Shown: positions 30,138 through 40,838 of the stretch, one piece after another
Layout of the letters: each line of letters opens with the position of its first letter
How positions within the stretch are numbered: the stretch's first letter is position 1
From: an uncultured Rhodospirillaceae bacterium
Lineage (GTDB): Bacteria > Pseudomonadota > Alphaproteobacteria > UBA828
Length of the DNA stretch: 64,000 nt
NCBI GenBank assembly: GCA_963997635.1
Contig: CAXEND010000002.1
Coordinates: 52,848-116,847, forward strand
Direction of reading: 5' to 3'
Program-made: the position numbers and the translations under genes
Notes under the pieces: generated by a model
The model's database searches: none
What the model saw: only the letters and a program-made list of their open reading frames with translations
Told to the model about the DNA's origin: nothing

Positions 30138-32006
30138 CTAGAACGCTTTTGCCGACCCTTCCCTATACTTGTTAGATGGCACGAAACCAGTCATCTGGGG
30201 TGCTCGTGCGTCAGAGACCCAGAGCTCTCTGTCGGGGTGCATGCCAGCCCCGAATACGGCTGAGACAGCCGAACGTCGCATCCTGTTTAGTAGACGTGTA
30301 TCTGCATCACCAATTGCCGGGTGAGTGCCACCATTATCCGCCACCGCTTTGTCCCAGCTTGCCTTGCGGGAGGAAAGTGTTGAGTTATTGTCGAGCTGTA
30401 AACAGTTTATTTCGTTACTATTCAGATCAACAACTATGTCGTCGCCATCCTCAATATAGGCAATCGGTCCCCCAAGTGCGGCTTCTGGGCCAACATGACC
30501 GATCACTAGACCGACAGAACCGCCAGAGAATCGTGCATCAGTCATTAGGCCCACCACGATCTCTTTCTGTCGGCACAACGTGGTTATACGCGAAGTAGAG
30601 TCGAGCATTTCTGGCATACCTGGTGCGCCACTTGGGCCTTCGTAGCGGACGATAATCATATCGTTATTTTCAAAGACCTCCGATTGGTTCTCAAGTGCGT
30701 TAAGTAGTTCCGCTTCGCTGTTGAAGACCCGTGCTTTACCAGTAAAAATATTATTCTCAAGTCCACCTTCGAGACCTGCGAGTTTCAGCACAGCACTAAA
30801 CTCTGGCGACAAATTTCCACCAAGCACGCGGAGACCGCCCGTCGGCTTGAAGGGTTTCTCTACAGAGTAAATGACCTCACCATCTGGCACTGGTGGATCA
30901 AGACGTACGATCTGTTCCGTTAAAGTTTCACCTGTGCAGGTCATGGCTTCACCGTTTAGCAGTCCAGCTTCGAGAAGTTCCTTGACTATAACCTGAATGC
31001 CACCCTTCTCGTCGATGTCAACCATCGAATATTTCCCAAATGGCCGTGCGTTGATAAGCACTGGCACCACGTGTTGCGAAAGGTAGTTGAACTCCTCTGG
31101 CGACATGATGTCTTTCTTGAAGCTACTAAAGCCCGCAGCACGGGCAATCTCTGGGCCGTGCAATAGAACATTGGTCGACCCACCTACGGCCATGGCAACA
31201 ATCATTGCATTGCGAATCGAATCGCGATTGACAATCTTACGCGGTGAGAGATCCTTGGATATCAGTGCATCAAGATAGGATACCAACTCGTCTGGATACT
31301 GCTCCATACGCCGCGGGTCATCCGATGGTGGAGAGACCATGTGAAGTGGCTCCATACCGACGACGGCGATAAAGGTCTGCATTGTGTTGTAAGTGAACAT
31401 GCCCCCACAGCTTCCATAGCCTGGGCACGCCTCGCAAGCGACGCGTTTCTTCATCTCTTCATCGGAGCTCCCAGCGACTTGAAATCCAGTTATGATGTCG
31501 ATCGGCTCTTTGGTGACAGAGTCAAGACCTGGGCGGATCGGCCCATCCGACATAATTATCGAAGGGCGGTCGTGTTCGAGCAAGGCTGCCAGCGTGCCTA
31601 CTGGCGGCTTGTCACAGGCCACTATAGCAATAGTACCTTCCAGTCCGCTGGCACTGAGATGTTCGGTTATTGTATCGTTTGTGACTTCGCGGCCAATTAG
31701 CGAATACCGCATTTCACGCGTGCCGTTGCGCATGCCATCGGAGGTCGCAACAGAATATTCTGGTTGTACTAAACGCACGCGCATCTGTCCTTCATTCTGT
31801 CCAATTCGTTTGCGTAGACATTCCTGAATTCTCTCGACCTTGCGTTGCACTCCCAAATAACACTGGGAATCTCCCTTGTTACCCACGACGCCGACCGATG
31901 GTTCGTGAATGAGTTCGATATCGGTACCCAGTTCCCGTGCTATTCCGAACGTCTGTGCGTTACGCCCTGGATTGTTGTCGAAAAGAACTGTTCTAAAATT
32001 TCGCAC
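30138..32006 (-). CDS. IlvD/Edd-family dehydratase (divergent, 622 aa), compositionally foreign
   Basis: VACDKPPVG, DGPIRPG, CPGYGSCGGMFTYNTMQ, GGSTN, RFSGGS and GPEAALGGPIA match dihydroxy-acid / sugar-acid dehydratase motifs. GTG start preceded by GGGGAG. GC is clearly higher than in the neighbours, and the gene carries many long antisense shadow ORFs. Confidence 0.85.
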   Translation of the reverse strand: MRNFRTVLFDNNPGRNAQTFGIARELGTDIELIHEPSVGVVGNKGDSQCYLGVQRKVERIQECLRKRIGQNEGQMRVRLVQPEYSVATSDGMRNGTREMRYSLIGREVTNDTITEHLSASGLEGTIAIVACDKPPVGTLAALLEHDRPSIIMSDGPIRPGLDSVTKEPIDIITGFQVAGSSDEEMKKRVACEACPGYGSCGGMFTYNTMQTFIAVVGMEPLHMVSPPSDDPRRMEQYPDELVSYLDALISKDLSPRKIVNRDSIRNAMIVAMAVGGSTNVLLHGPEIARAAGFSSFKKDIMSPEEFNYLSQHVVPVLINARPFGKYSMVDIDEKGGIQVIVKELLEAGLLNGEAMTCTGETLTEQIVRLDPPVPDGEVIYSVEKPFKPTGGLRVLGGNLSPEFSAVLKLAGLEGGLENNIFTGKARVFNSEAELLNALENQSEVFENNDMIIVRYEGPSGAPGMPEMLDSTSRITTLCRQKEIVVGLMTDARFSGGSVGLVIGHVGPEAALGGPIAYIEDGDDIVVDLNSNEINCLQLDNNSTLSSRKASWDKAVADNGGTHPAIGDADTRLLNRMRRSAVSAVFGAGMHPDRELWVSDARAPQMTGFVPSNKYREGSAKAF

Positions 32007-32105
32007 GACTTATACTCCCCAAAGAATTAGTCTTAAATTTTAAATCTAAGTTAATTTATAGAAATATTTCCCACTCTAAAACATTATTGAATTTATTTCG
32101 CCCAT

Positions 32106-33650
32106 CTACTCCCACTCAATAGTACCCGGCGGTTTACTCGTAACGTCATACACTACTCTATTAATACCACGCACCTCATTAACAATTCTGTTGGCAACTC
32201 GACCAAGAAACTCCATATCAAATGCATAAAAGTCTGCAGTCATACCATCAGTTGAAGTAATTGCCCTTAGGGCACATACGTTATCATAAGTACGAGCATC
32301 ACCCATAACACCTACTGCTCTAACAGGCAAAAGAACTACAAATGCCTGCCAAATTTTATCATATAAGTTAGCTTTACGAATTTCCTCGAGAAAAATCATA
32401 TCCGCACTACGAAGAATATTTGCTTTTTCTCTCGTAACTGCACCAGGAATTCTGATAGCTAGCCCTGGACCAGGAAAAGGATGACGTCCAACCAACGCTT
32501 CAGATAATCCTAGTTGTCTTCCCAGTTCTCTAACCTCATCTTTAAACAGCTCCCGAACTGGTTCAACTAATTTTAGATTCATGCGCTCTGGGAGACCACC
32601 AACATTATGATGAGATTTTATTACAGCACTTGGACCTGCAACTGATACACTCTCAATTACATCTGGGTACAAGGTTCCTTGAGCAAGAAAATCTGCTCCA
32701 CCAGCCTCTTTTGCAGCACGTTCAAAAACATCTATAAATGTTGATCCAATTATTTTTCTTTTTTCTTCTGGGTCCGTAACACCTTTAAGGTTTTCGAAAA
32801 ACTCGTCTGCTGCATCTACAATTATTAAACGTAAATTATATTTTTCTCTAAATAATGCTACAACCTCATTTACTTCTCCATGCCTCAAAAGCCCTGAGTC
32901 TACAAATACACAGGTTAATTGATCACCTACAGCTTCGTTCAATAAAGCAGCAACGACACTTGAGTCTACTCCGCCAGAAAGGCCACAAATTACATTGCCT
33001 TTACCAACTTGTTCCTGAATAGATACTTTCGCACGATCCTTAAACTCCGACATTGTCCAGTTTCCCGAACACTTAGCAATTCGTTGCACGAAATTTCGGA
33101 TAATAGCAGCACCATCTGGCGTATGAATTACCTCTGGATGAAATTGGACACCATAGAATTTATTTTTTTCGTCTGCAGTGGCAGCATATGGAGCTCCATC
33201 AGAACATGCAACAACCGAAAAGCCAGGAGGTAAAGATGTAACTCGATCTCCATGGCTCATCCAAACAGTTTGCTTGCTCCCCACTTTCCAAACACCCTCA
33301 AACAATTCACAAGATGCAGTAATATCAATTAGAGCTCGACCAAACTCTCGCTCATCAGCATTCTCAACATTACCTCCCATTGCTTCACACATGATTTGTT
33401 GGCCATAGCAAATACCGAGAATTGGAATACCACTTTTAAATATTTCAGGTCTTGGCCTTGGTGCTTTTGATTGGGTTACTGAAGCAGGCCCACCTGATAA
33501 AATGACAGCAGAGGGGTTAAAAGAATTAATCTCCTCCATATCGGATGTATAGGGGCGTATCTCACAATACACCCCAGCCTCACGAACGCGCCTCGCTATT
33601 AATTGGGTAACCTGAGACCCAAAATCCAAAATTAGTACACGCTCTTCCAT
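32106..33650 (-). CDS. guaA: GMP synthase (glutamine-hydrolysing)
   Basis: GATase Cys context [11 protein letters not shown]-loop [11 protein letters not shown]-terminal KPPGTIEWE. Confidence 0.97.
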   Translation of the reverse strand: MEERVLILDFGSQVTQLIARRVREAGVYCEIRPYTSDMEEINSFNPSAVILSGGPASVTQSKAPRPRPEIFKSGIPILGICYGQQIMCEAMGGNVENADEREFGRALIDITASCELFEGVWKVGSKQTVWMSHGDRVTSLPPGFSVVACSDGAPYAATADEKNKFYGVQFHPEVIHTPDGAAIIRNFVQRIAKCSGNWTMSEFKDRAKVSIQEQVGKGNVICGLSGGVDSSVVAALLNEAVGDQLTCVFVDSGLLRHGEVNEVVALFREKYNLRLIIVDAADEFFENLKGVTDPEEKRKIIGSTFIDVFERAAKEAGGADFLAQGTLYPDVIESVSVAGPSAVIKSHHNVGGLPERMNLKLVEPVRELFKDEVRELGRQLGLSEALVGRHPFPGPGLAIRIPGAVTREKANILRSADMIFLEEIRKANLYDKIWQAFVVLLPVRAVGVMGDARTYDNVCALRAITSTDGMTADFYAFDMEFLGRVANRIVNEVRGINRVVYDVTSKPPGTIEWE

Positions 33651-33763
33651 GCTGTGTCTCAGTTTTTTTTAAATTACAGCACCAATCATCTTGCTTAAAC
33701 TACTATACACAAGATATCAGGGAGCTCTTGGTCATTAAATAAAGTATTCAAACTATGATTTGT

Positions 33764-34285
33764 TTACCAATTTGATTCTTCCTCAAGAAGCACTTGCTTA
33801 TCAGCGTTTTCTTTATATCTTGCTATGGCCTTTTTTAACTTAGAAGTTTCCTTGCAAATATTTCCACAGATATTTTTAAGAGTCTTCAAGTGCTCCTGAG
33901 CTTTTTCTAAATTACCAATTAAAAGATAAGCCCTACCTATATATTCATTCGCCCCTTTATGTTTTGGGTTTATTGCAAGGGCTTTAGCATAATGATCAAA
34001 GGCTGGATCTAGTTGTCCTGATTTACGATAGGCGAATGCTAAAAAGTTCTGTGCATCAGCATTTTGAGAATCTGCTTTAACTGCTTCCTTCAAATGGCTT
34101 ATAGCTTCGGACCAATCAGCATTATCTATAGCAGTTATGCCTTTTGCAAGGTTTGCTTCTTTGGGTGGACCATCATCCTGAGTAGTTCCTGCTGCATTAA
34201 CATGTTCAGAAGAAAGTAGTATTGAACCAAATATTAAAGCTATTGCAAAACAAGTAGTCCAAAATAAATTCATTATAGCCTCCAT
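33764..34285 (-). CDS. Secreted TPR-repeat protein
   Basis: Signal peptide (LFWTTCFAIALIFGSILLSSEHVNA) followed by 3-4 TPR-like repeats (A..NLAFAYRKSGQLDPAFDHYAKALAINP...). Confidence 0.7.
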   Translation of the reverse strand: MEAIMNLFWTTCFAIALIFGSILLSSEHVNAAGTTQDDGPPKEANLAKGITAIDNADWSEAISHLKEAVKADSQNADAQNFLAFAYRKSGQLDPAFDHYAKALAINPKHKGANEYIGRAYLLIGNLEKAQEHLKTLKNICGNICKETSKLKKAIARYKENADKQVLLEEESNW

Positions 34286-34362
34286 AGAATTATAGGTATC
34301 CCAATATACACCTTTTTATGTGAATTTTATACGATAAATAACACACCTAAACAAAACATAAT

Positions 34363-35826
34363 CTAATTGGGCTGCTGGTAATTTGGTGGCTCACGTTGGA
34401 TTGTGACGTCGTGCACATGACTTTCTCTAAGCCCAGCACCAGATATTTTAATAAAATTACACTGATAGTGCATTGAATCAATTGTTGCACTTCCTGTATA
34501 ACCCATAGCCGCTCTAAGCCCACCTACTAACTGATGAATGATTGCCGCTACTGGACCTTTGAACGGCACCCTTCCCTCAATACCCTCTGGAACTAGTTTT
34601 AAGGAATTATTTATCTCTTCCTGAAAATATCTATCCGCTGAACCACGGGCCATTGCACCAATAGATCCCATTCCACGATACAGCTTATATGAGCGTCCCT
34701 GATATAAAAAAACTTCCCCTGGGCTTTCTTCTGTCCCTGCTAAAAGTGAGCCAATCATTGCACAAGATGCACCTGCGGCTATTGCCTTTGCAAGGTCTCC
34801 TGAATACTTAATTCCTCCATCGGCTATAACAGGGATCTTATGTTTTTTAGCTACTGCAACACAATCAAATAGAGCTGTAAGCTGAGGAACACCTACACCA
34901 GCTACCACTCTTGTGGTGCATATAGAGCCTGGTCCAATACCAACTTTGATAGAATCTGCGCCAGCTTCTATCAAAGACTTTGCACCATCTGCTGTAGCGA
35001 CATTCCCTGCAAGGATTTGTGCCTGATTATTATATTTTTTTATTTCTGCAACGATCTTAGAAACTCCGTCACTATGACCATGGGCAGTATCAACAACGAC
35101 TAAATCACATCCTGCATCAATTAAAGCCTTAGCTCTTGATAAACCATTCTCACCTACACCTGTGGCTGCACTAACTCGTAATCGCCCATGTGTATCTTTA
35201 CAAGCATTGGGAAACTTCTCTGCACGTTCAATGTCACGGACGGTAACCAAACCAACACATTTATAATTTGAATCAACTACTAATAATTTTTCTATTCTAT
35301 GCTTGTGCAGAAGTGTTTTAGCATGATCTCTATCTGCACCTTCTAAAATGGTTACAAGATTATTACATGTCATCACTTCTCTTATAGGTTGAGTAAGATC
35401 TGTCACAAATCTCACATCCCTATTTGTCAGTATGCCAACTAGCTTTCCGTTGCCATCTTCAACTACAGGGATACCTGATATACCATGCTCCTCCTTTAGC
35501 CTTATTGCATCAATAACAGGCCTGTCAGGTGATATAGTAAGCGGATTTATAACCATTCCAGCTTCCGCTTTTTTAACTTTACGCACTTCATCAGCCTGAA
35601 CAGAGATATCCATATTTTTATGAATAACACCTATGCCACCTGCTTGGGCAACAGCAATTGCTAGCCTGCTCTCAGTAACTGTGTCCATGGCGGCAGAAAG
35701 GATAGGGATCCCAAGTTGAATATTTTTCGTTACGTACGTAGCTGTATCTGCTTCTGCTGGCAACACCTTTGATGCAGCAGGCTCCAGAAGCACATCATCA
35801 AAAGTCAGTCCTTCTCGCATATTCAT
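34363..35826 (-). CDS. guaB: IMP dehydrogenase
   Basis: [10 protein letters not shown], a CBS pair, catalytic [11 protein letters not shown], and [15 protein letters not shown] lies 5 nt upstream of the ATG at 35826, so the track start at 35856 is an extension. Confidence 0.95.
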   Translation of the reverse strand: MNMREGLTFDDVLLEPAASKVLPAEADTATYVTKNIQLGIPILSAAMDTVTESRLAIAVAQAGGIGVIHKNMDISVQADEVRKVKKAEAGMVINPLTISPDRPVIDAIRLKEEHGISGIPVVEDGNGKLVGILTNRDVRFVTDLTQPIREVMTCNNLVTILEGADRDHAKTLLHKHRIEKLLVVDSNYKCVGLVTVRDIERAEKFPNACKDTHGRLRVSAATGVGENGLSRAKALIDAGCDLVVVDTAHGHSDGVSKIVAEIKKYNNQAQILAGNVATADGAKSLIEAGADSIKVGIGPGSICTTRVVAGVGVPQLTALFDCVAVAKKHKIPVIADGGIKYSGDLAKAIAAGASCAMIGSLLAGTEESPGEVFLYQGRSYKLYRGMGSIGAMARGSADRYFQEEINNSLKLVPEGIEGRVPFKGPVAAIIHQLVGGLRAAMGYTGSATIDSMHYQCNFIKISGAGLRESHVHDVTIQREPPNYQQPN

Positions 35827-35896
35827 AATATCCTCCTGCTGAATATTGCCGCGCACTATACACCAAACTACAGCTTCGCCAAGCTATCATAAAAAA

Positions 35897-36616
35897 TTAA
35901 TGTCTCGGCTGCCGAAAACCTTTAGCAACAACATACTCTTCGGCAGAGCCCGAGCGGCTTGAAGGTGGTTTAGCATGCTTAACCCTATCAAATTGTGACT
36001 TAAGTTCATGTAAAAGGCTGGATTCTGTCCCACCTTTAAATACTTTTGTAACAAAAATACCTCCAGGCGCCAGTATTTGGGTTGCTATTTCTGCAGCAGC
36101 TTCAGCTAAGGTGATAACTCTTAAGTGGTCAGTCGAAGCATGGCCTGTAGATCGCGCTGCCATATCACTCAAAACCACGTCCGCAGGCCTTTTCTGTATG
36201 TCCATGATTTTATCAATTGTTTTGGCATCACTCACATCCAATTGCAAAAATGTTACCGAACCAATCGGATCTATAAATTGTGTATCAACTCCTATTACAT
36301 TTCCTCGCCTGCCTACCTTTTGAGATGCTATCTGGCTCCACCCACCAGGAGCAGCACCAAGATCAACAACCGTATTACCCGACGCAAATATTTTAAATTT
36401 ATCATCAAGTTCTATCAGCTTGAAAGCTGCTCTTGATCTATATCCATTTTCTTTAGCAGCAAGAACATATGGATCATTTAACTGTCGTTGTAACCAGCGT
36501 ATGGATGATTGAGGTCTGCCACCTCCTCTGACTAAAACAGACTTTCTTCTGCGACCTCCAGAAGCACTTATTGATCGTCCTGTATTTCTCCCTTTTGGTT
36601 TTTCTCCTCGACTCAA
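35897..36616 (-). CDS. rlmE: 23S rRNA (uridine2552-2'-O)-methyltransferase RlmE/FtsJ
   Basis: WLQRQLNDPYV, YRSRAAFKL, SAM motif VVDLGAAPGGWSQ, and DMA...G. TTG start overlapping the ppx stop (TTGA). Confidence 0.9.
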   Translation of the reverse strand: MSRGEKPKGRNTGRSISASGGRRRKSVLVRGGGRPQSSIRWLQRQLNDPYVLAAKENGYRSRAAFKLIELDDKFKIFASGNTVVDLGAAPGGWSQIASQKVGRRGNVIGVDTQFIDPIGSVTFLQLDVSDAKTIDKIMDIQKRPADVVLSDMAARSTGHASTDHLRVITLAEAAAEIATQILAPGGIFVTKVFKGGTESSLLHELKSQFDRVKHAKPPSSRSGSAEEYVVAKGFRQPRH

Positions 36617-37605
36617 ATCAACTCTCCCTCATTGTGCAATAATTCATATAAGACACCTTCTCTAAGGCCTCTATCAGCAGCAACAAGCTTATTAACCGAT
36701 AAGCTTGAAACTACTCCCATAAGAATTGCACAACCGGCTAAAAGTATGTCACCTCTACCTTTTCCTACACAAGGTAATGTAGAGAGATCTTGATAATTCA
36801 TTTTTAATAATCGTTGGATAGTTTCCCTTACCTCATTAAAGGGAATACTTAAACCATCAACCCTGTCATGGTTAAATTGCTTTAACCCAAGAAATATGCT
36901 AGCTATTGTAGTAGCAGTTCCTGACGTGCCAATTACCTGAATTTCAGAGCCCTCTGAAAGTTTGTTGACAGCATTTTCTATAATAAATTCATGTGCTGCA
37001 TTAGATGATTCTTCTACCATTTTATTAAAAGAAAATAATTCACCACTGTATCTTTCTGTCAGTGTAACTACTCCTATATCTAGAGAGATCCATGATTTAA
37101 GGTTTAAAGAGCTTGGATCTACCCATAATAATTCTGTACTTCCTCCACCAATATCAATAATTAATGTATTTATGTGAGACTTGCTAACCAAAGATCTACA
37201 ACTAAGATAAGCCAATCGAGCTTCTTCTTGCGGACTTATCACCTCAATCTTGATACCAGTAGAATTTTCTACACACCTAAGAAATTTCTTAACGTTTGAA
37301 GCACGACGGCATGCAGCTGTGGCTACTGCTCTTAAATTCTTTACAGAGTGAGATTCTAATCGTTGCACACAAACTTTTAAAACTGAGATTGTACGCTCTA
37401 TAGCTTTATCGGATAAAAGTCCAGTACTATCAAGACCATCACCAAGCCTTACAATTCTTGAGAATGAGTCAATTTTCAAAAATCCAGAATCAACCTTTTG
37501 GCCAATTAACATTCGACAATTATTTGTTCCAATGTCTATGGCTCCGTATAGATTATTTGAATAACAGTTGTTTTGATTAATAAGCATAGCAACAACTAAC
37601 TTCAT
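36613..37605 (-). CDS. ppx: Ppx/GppA-family phosphatase (short, N-terminal two-domain form)
   Basis: AIDIGTNNCRML, DIGGGSTEL and GTSGTATT are ASKHA-fold motifs of exopolyphosphatase/GppA. 330 aa. Confidence 0.8.
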   Translation of the reverse strand: MKLVVAMLINQNNCYSNNLYGAIDIGTNNCRMLIGQKVDSGFLKIDSFSRIVRLGDGLDSTGLLSDKAIERTISVLKVCVQRLESHSVKNLRAVATAACRRASNVKKFLRCVENSTGIKIEVISPQEEARLAYLSCRSLVSKSHINTLIIDIGGGSTELLWVDPSSLNLKSWISLDIGVVTLTERYSGELFSFNKMVEESSNAAHEFIIENAVNKLSEGSEIQVIGTSGTATTIASIFLGLKQFNHDRVDGLSIPFNEVRETIQRLLKMNYQDLSTLPCVGKGRGDILLAGCAILMGVVSSLSVNKLVAADRGLREGVLYELLHNEGELI

Positions 37606-37747
37606 CTTTTATAAATATCAACATCTGGTTACTAAGCTATTTATAATGAAAGTTAACAGATAGTGCACTAGTTCAATACTATTTTTGGCTGGTAAAGTGT
37701 TGACTTCTCTTAATCAGCACCGTATTTCGCATGTATCCATTTTTGAC

Positions 37748-37821
37748 TGGGGGATCGTCTAATGGTAGGACAATTGACTCTGACTCAATAAATCTAGGTT
37801 CGAACCCTAGTCCCCCAACCA
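37748..37821 (+). tRNA. tRNA-Gln (anticodon CUG)
   Basis: Hand-folded cloverleaf. Acceptor TGGGGGA/TCCCCCA, D arm GTCT-AATGGTA-GGAC, anticodon stem ATTGA/TCAAT with loop CTCTGAC (CTG at 34-36), T arm CTAGG-TTCGAAC-CCTAG, discriminator A and encoded CCA. Confidence 0.9.
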
Positions 37822-37901
37822 AAACATAACCCTAGGAAAGAAATCGCTTCACAAAATGTTTGGAATGATAAATTGCTGAAAAATTTAAAATACCAGAATA
37901 A

Positions 37902-38909
37902 TTGTTTGCCAAAACAAAAATGAAACAATGTTGGATCATCAGTGAAGGTGCTGCCGGAATGGAAAATCAGGCACTTGGGCTTACAAATGCACTTGGGATA
38001 AAACCCATTTGTATTCGAATACCAAAGCCACCCTTACACAATTTAATACCCCCGCATCTACAATTTCGAGATCAACTGATTAGGATATTAAAAGAGCATG
38101 CTCCAAAAGAAATTTCCAACGTCAAAGATCCCTCTATTGTTATCAGCTGTGGGCATAAATCTGTGGCTTACTCTATAGCCTTACGAAGGAAAGCTCGAGG
38201 AGAAACACATACTATCCACATTCAAAACCCAAGAGTAAACTTGAGATTTTTTGATCTGATAATTGCTCCAAAACATGATAAAATTAAAGGTAAAAATGTT
38301 ATTACAACTAATGGGGCTATTCACAATATTACAAAGCCAAAACTTGATATAGCAAAGAAACAATTTTCTAACGCGTTTAACCCTCTAGAAAAACCCATAA
38401 TTCTAGCACTGATTGGAGGATCATCTAAAAGATTTGTTTTTGATGTCCAAGCCGCAAAAAAAATTGGAAAAGAACTTAGAAGTATCACGTTAAAAAAAAG
38501 AGGGAGCTTAATAGCTACTACATCAAGGCGGACAAGCAAAGGCGTACAAGAAGTCCTTAAAAATGAACTAAGAGGGGTTCCAGGCTCAATCTGGACTGGG
38601 GAAGGTAAAAACCCATTCCTAGGGTATTTGGCTCATGCTGATTATATCTTAGTTACTTGCGATTCCATCACCATGACTTCAGAAGCCGTGGCAACGGGTA
38701 AACCTGTCTATATCCTTAATTTAGAAGGGCGCGGATCCGCAAGGTTTAAGGAATTTCATGCTACGTTTTCAGAAGCTGGGTATATAAGGTGGTATAAGGG
38801 TGATCTTAGCGACTGGAACTATGTTATCCCTACTGAAACAGAGCTTGCAGCTGAAAAAACAAAAAATTTTCTTGGACATAAACTACTTGACTTGCAACAA
38901 GGCCTTTAG
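37902..38909 (+). CDS. ELM1/DUF1022-family protein (mitochondrial-fission ELM1-like, glycosyltransferase-like fold)
   Basis: N-terminus CWIISEGAAGMENQALGLTNALG matches the family signature I recall (W.isDGkaG.enQ..GLaeAL). About 330 aa. The start may be the ATG at 37920. Confidence 0.65.
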   Translation: MFAKTKMKQCWIISEGAAGMENQALGLTNALGIKPICIRIPKPPLHNLIPPHLQFRDQLIRILKEHAPKEISNVKDPSIVISCGHKSVAYSIALRRKARGETHTIHIQNPRVNLRFFDLIIAPKHDKIKGKNVITTNGAIHNITKPKLDIAKKQFSNAFNPLEKPIILALIGGSSKRFVFDVQAAKKIGKELRSITLKKRGSLIATTSRRTSKGVQEVLKNELRGVPGSIWTGEGKNPFLGYLAHADYILVTCDSITMTSEAVATGKPVYILNLEGRGSARFKEFHATFSEAGYIRWYKGDLSDWNYVIPTETELAAEKTKNFLGHKLLDLQQGL

Positions 38910-38959
38910 CTTCTTAAAGTATAAACAAGATTCGATTTTATCTATTCAGATTTATAAGA

Positions 38960-39898
38960 ATGCATAATACCCACCGTACAAAAGTTCTAATCATTGGATC
39001 AGGCCCAGCAGGTTATACAGCGGCAATCTATGCCGCTAGGGCAAACCTTGAACCAATTCTAGTTCAAGGTCTAGAACCAGGAGGACAACTTACAATTACT
39101 ACAGATGTAGAAAATTACCCAGGTTTTTCAGATGTAATTCAGGGACCATGGTTGATGGATCAAATGCGCGAACAAGCTGAAAAAGTTGGAACAAAGCTCG
39201 TTTCAGACCTCATACAGAGTGTAGATTTTTCAAAGAGACCCTTTAATTGTATTGCTGACTCCGGAGACTTATTTATTGGTGAAACTATTATTATCTGTAC
39301 TGGAGCCCAAGCAAAATGGTTGGGCATTTCAACTGAGAAAAAGTATATGGGTTTTGGTGTTTCTGCGTGTGCAACGTGTGATGGCTTTTTCTACAAGGAT
39401 AAAAATGTAGCAGTAATAGGGGGTGGCAATACCGCAGTTGAGGAAGCTTTATATCTCACAAATCACGCAAAAAAAGTCACCTTAATTCATCGAAGGAATA
39501 GCCTTAAGGCAGAAAAAATTCTTCAGGATAGATTATTTGCAAACAATAAGATCGAAATCGTTTGGAATCACATTTTAGAAGAAATAAAAGGTAAAAAGCA
39601 GCCAAAAAGTGTTAACAGTATCCTGATAAAATCAACAGAAACTGGTAAAATTCAGGATTTAAATATTGAAGGAGTATTTATTGCTATCGGGCATAGACCC
39701 AACACAGATATTTTTCGTGGCCATCTAGAAATGGACGATGAAGGCTATATATTAACTTCACCCGATAGTACTGCTACAAGCGTCCCTGGTATTTTTGCTG
39801 CAGGTGATGTCCAAGATAAAATTTATCGCCAAGCAGTTACAGCAGCTGGTACTGGTTGCATGAGTGCTCTAGAAGCAGAAAAATTTTATTCAGGCTAG
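38960..39898 (+). CDS. trxB: Thioredoxin-disulfide reductase
   Basis: IIGSGPAGYTAAIYAAR, redox-active CATCDG, GGGNTAVEEALYL, GDVQD. Confidence 0.95.
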   Translation: MHNTHRTKVLIIGSGPAGYTAAIYAARANLEPILVQGLEPGGQLTITTDVENYPGFSDVIQGPWLMDQMREQAEKVGTKLVSDLIQSVDFSKRPFNCIADSGDLFIGETIIICTGAQAKWLGISTEKKYMGFGVSACATCDGFFYKDKNVAVIGGGNTAVEEALYLTNHAKKVTLIHRRNSLKAEKILQDRLFANNKIEIVWNHILEEIKGKKQPKSVNSILIKSTETGKIQDLNIEGVFIAIGHRPNTDIFRGHLEMDDEGYILTSPDSTATSVPGIFAAGDVQDKIYRQAVTAAGTGCMSALEAEKFYSG

Positions 39899-39947
39899 TA
39901 TAAAATTATTACCTGAAAAGTAGACTTAGATAAGGTCAACAAACTTC

Positions 39948-40838
39948 ATGGACTGGAACAAAATAAAAATTTTCCGTGCCGTTGCTATAGCTGGCAGTTT
40001 TACTGCTGCTGGAAAAGATTTAAATCTTAGCCAATCTTCAGTAAGTCGCCAAATTTTAAGTCTTGAAGAACAACTTGGAATAACTTTATTTCATCGTCAC
40101 TCACGTGGTCTTGCACTAACTGAACAAGGAGAACTTTTGTTTGAAACTGCACAAGATGTCTTTTCAAAAGTTTCTTTAACAAAATCAGCGATTAAGGAAG
40201 GTAGAGATCGTCCACGTGGCCAACTTGTTGTAACCGCGACAGTTACATTTGCATCTATATGGCTTGCCCCCAGATTAAGGGATTTTCGAATTGCATATCC
40301 AGAAATCGATCTAACTTTGTTAGCCAGTGATACACCCCTTGACCTTAGTATGGGGGAAGCAGACGTTGCTGTTCGTATTGGGCCTCTTCGTCAGCCAGAT
40401 CTTATTCAACGACACCTGATGAAGTTCAATCATCATATTTATGCCTCCCCAAGGTATATTGAAGAATATGGTCCTATCAGTTCAATTGAAGAACTAAAGA
40501 AACACCAGATTATAGTTTATAATAGAGGGCCCCTTACTCCTCTTATTGACCCTTTTTGGATTCTACAACTTGATGAAAAAAATTCTTATATTCCAAGAGC
40601 AGCTTTAGAAGTTAATAATATATACTGTATGGTTCAAGCTGTTGAGAGCGGATTAGGTATTGCTGGGCTACCGGATTATTCTGTTCATGATCATGCTAGA
40701 ATCACAAGAATTCTGCCAAATGTTCAAGGGCCAAGTATAGACACATATTTTGTCTACCCTGAAGAGCTGAGGCATTCAAAACGTATAGATGTTTTTCGTG
40801 ATTTTTTATTAAAGCAATTATCAGATTGGGAATATTAG
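39948..40838 (+). CDS. LysR-family transcriptional regulator
   Basis: N-terminal HTH FRAVAIAGSFTAAGKDLNLSQSSVSRQILSLEEQLGITLFHR plus a LysR substrate-binding domain. 296 aa. Confidence 0.9.
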   Translation: MDWNKIKIFRAVAIAGSFTAAGKDLNLSQSSVSRQILSLEEQLGITLFHRHSRGLALTEQGELLFETAQDVFSKVSLTKSAIKEGRDRPRGQLVVTATVTFASIWLAPRLRDFRIAYPEIDLTLLASDTPLDLSMGEADVAVRIGPLRQPDLIQRHLMKFNHHIYASPRYIEEYGPISSIEELKKHQIIVYNRGPLTPLIDPFWILQLDEKNSYIPRAALEVNNIYCMVQAVESGLGIAGLPDYSVHDHARITRILPNVQGPSIDTYFVYPEELRHSKRIDVFRDFLLKQLSDWEY

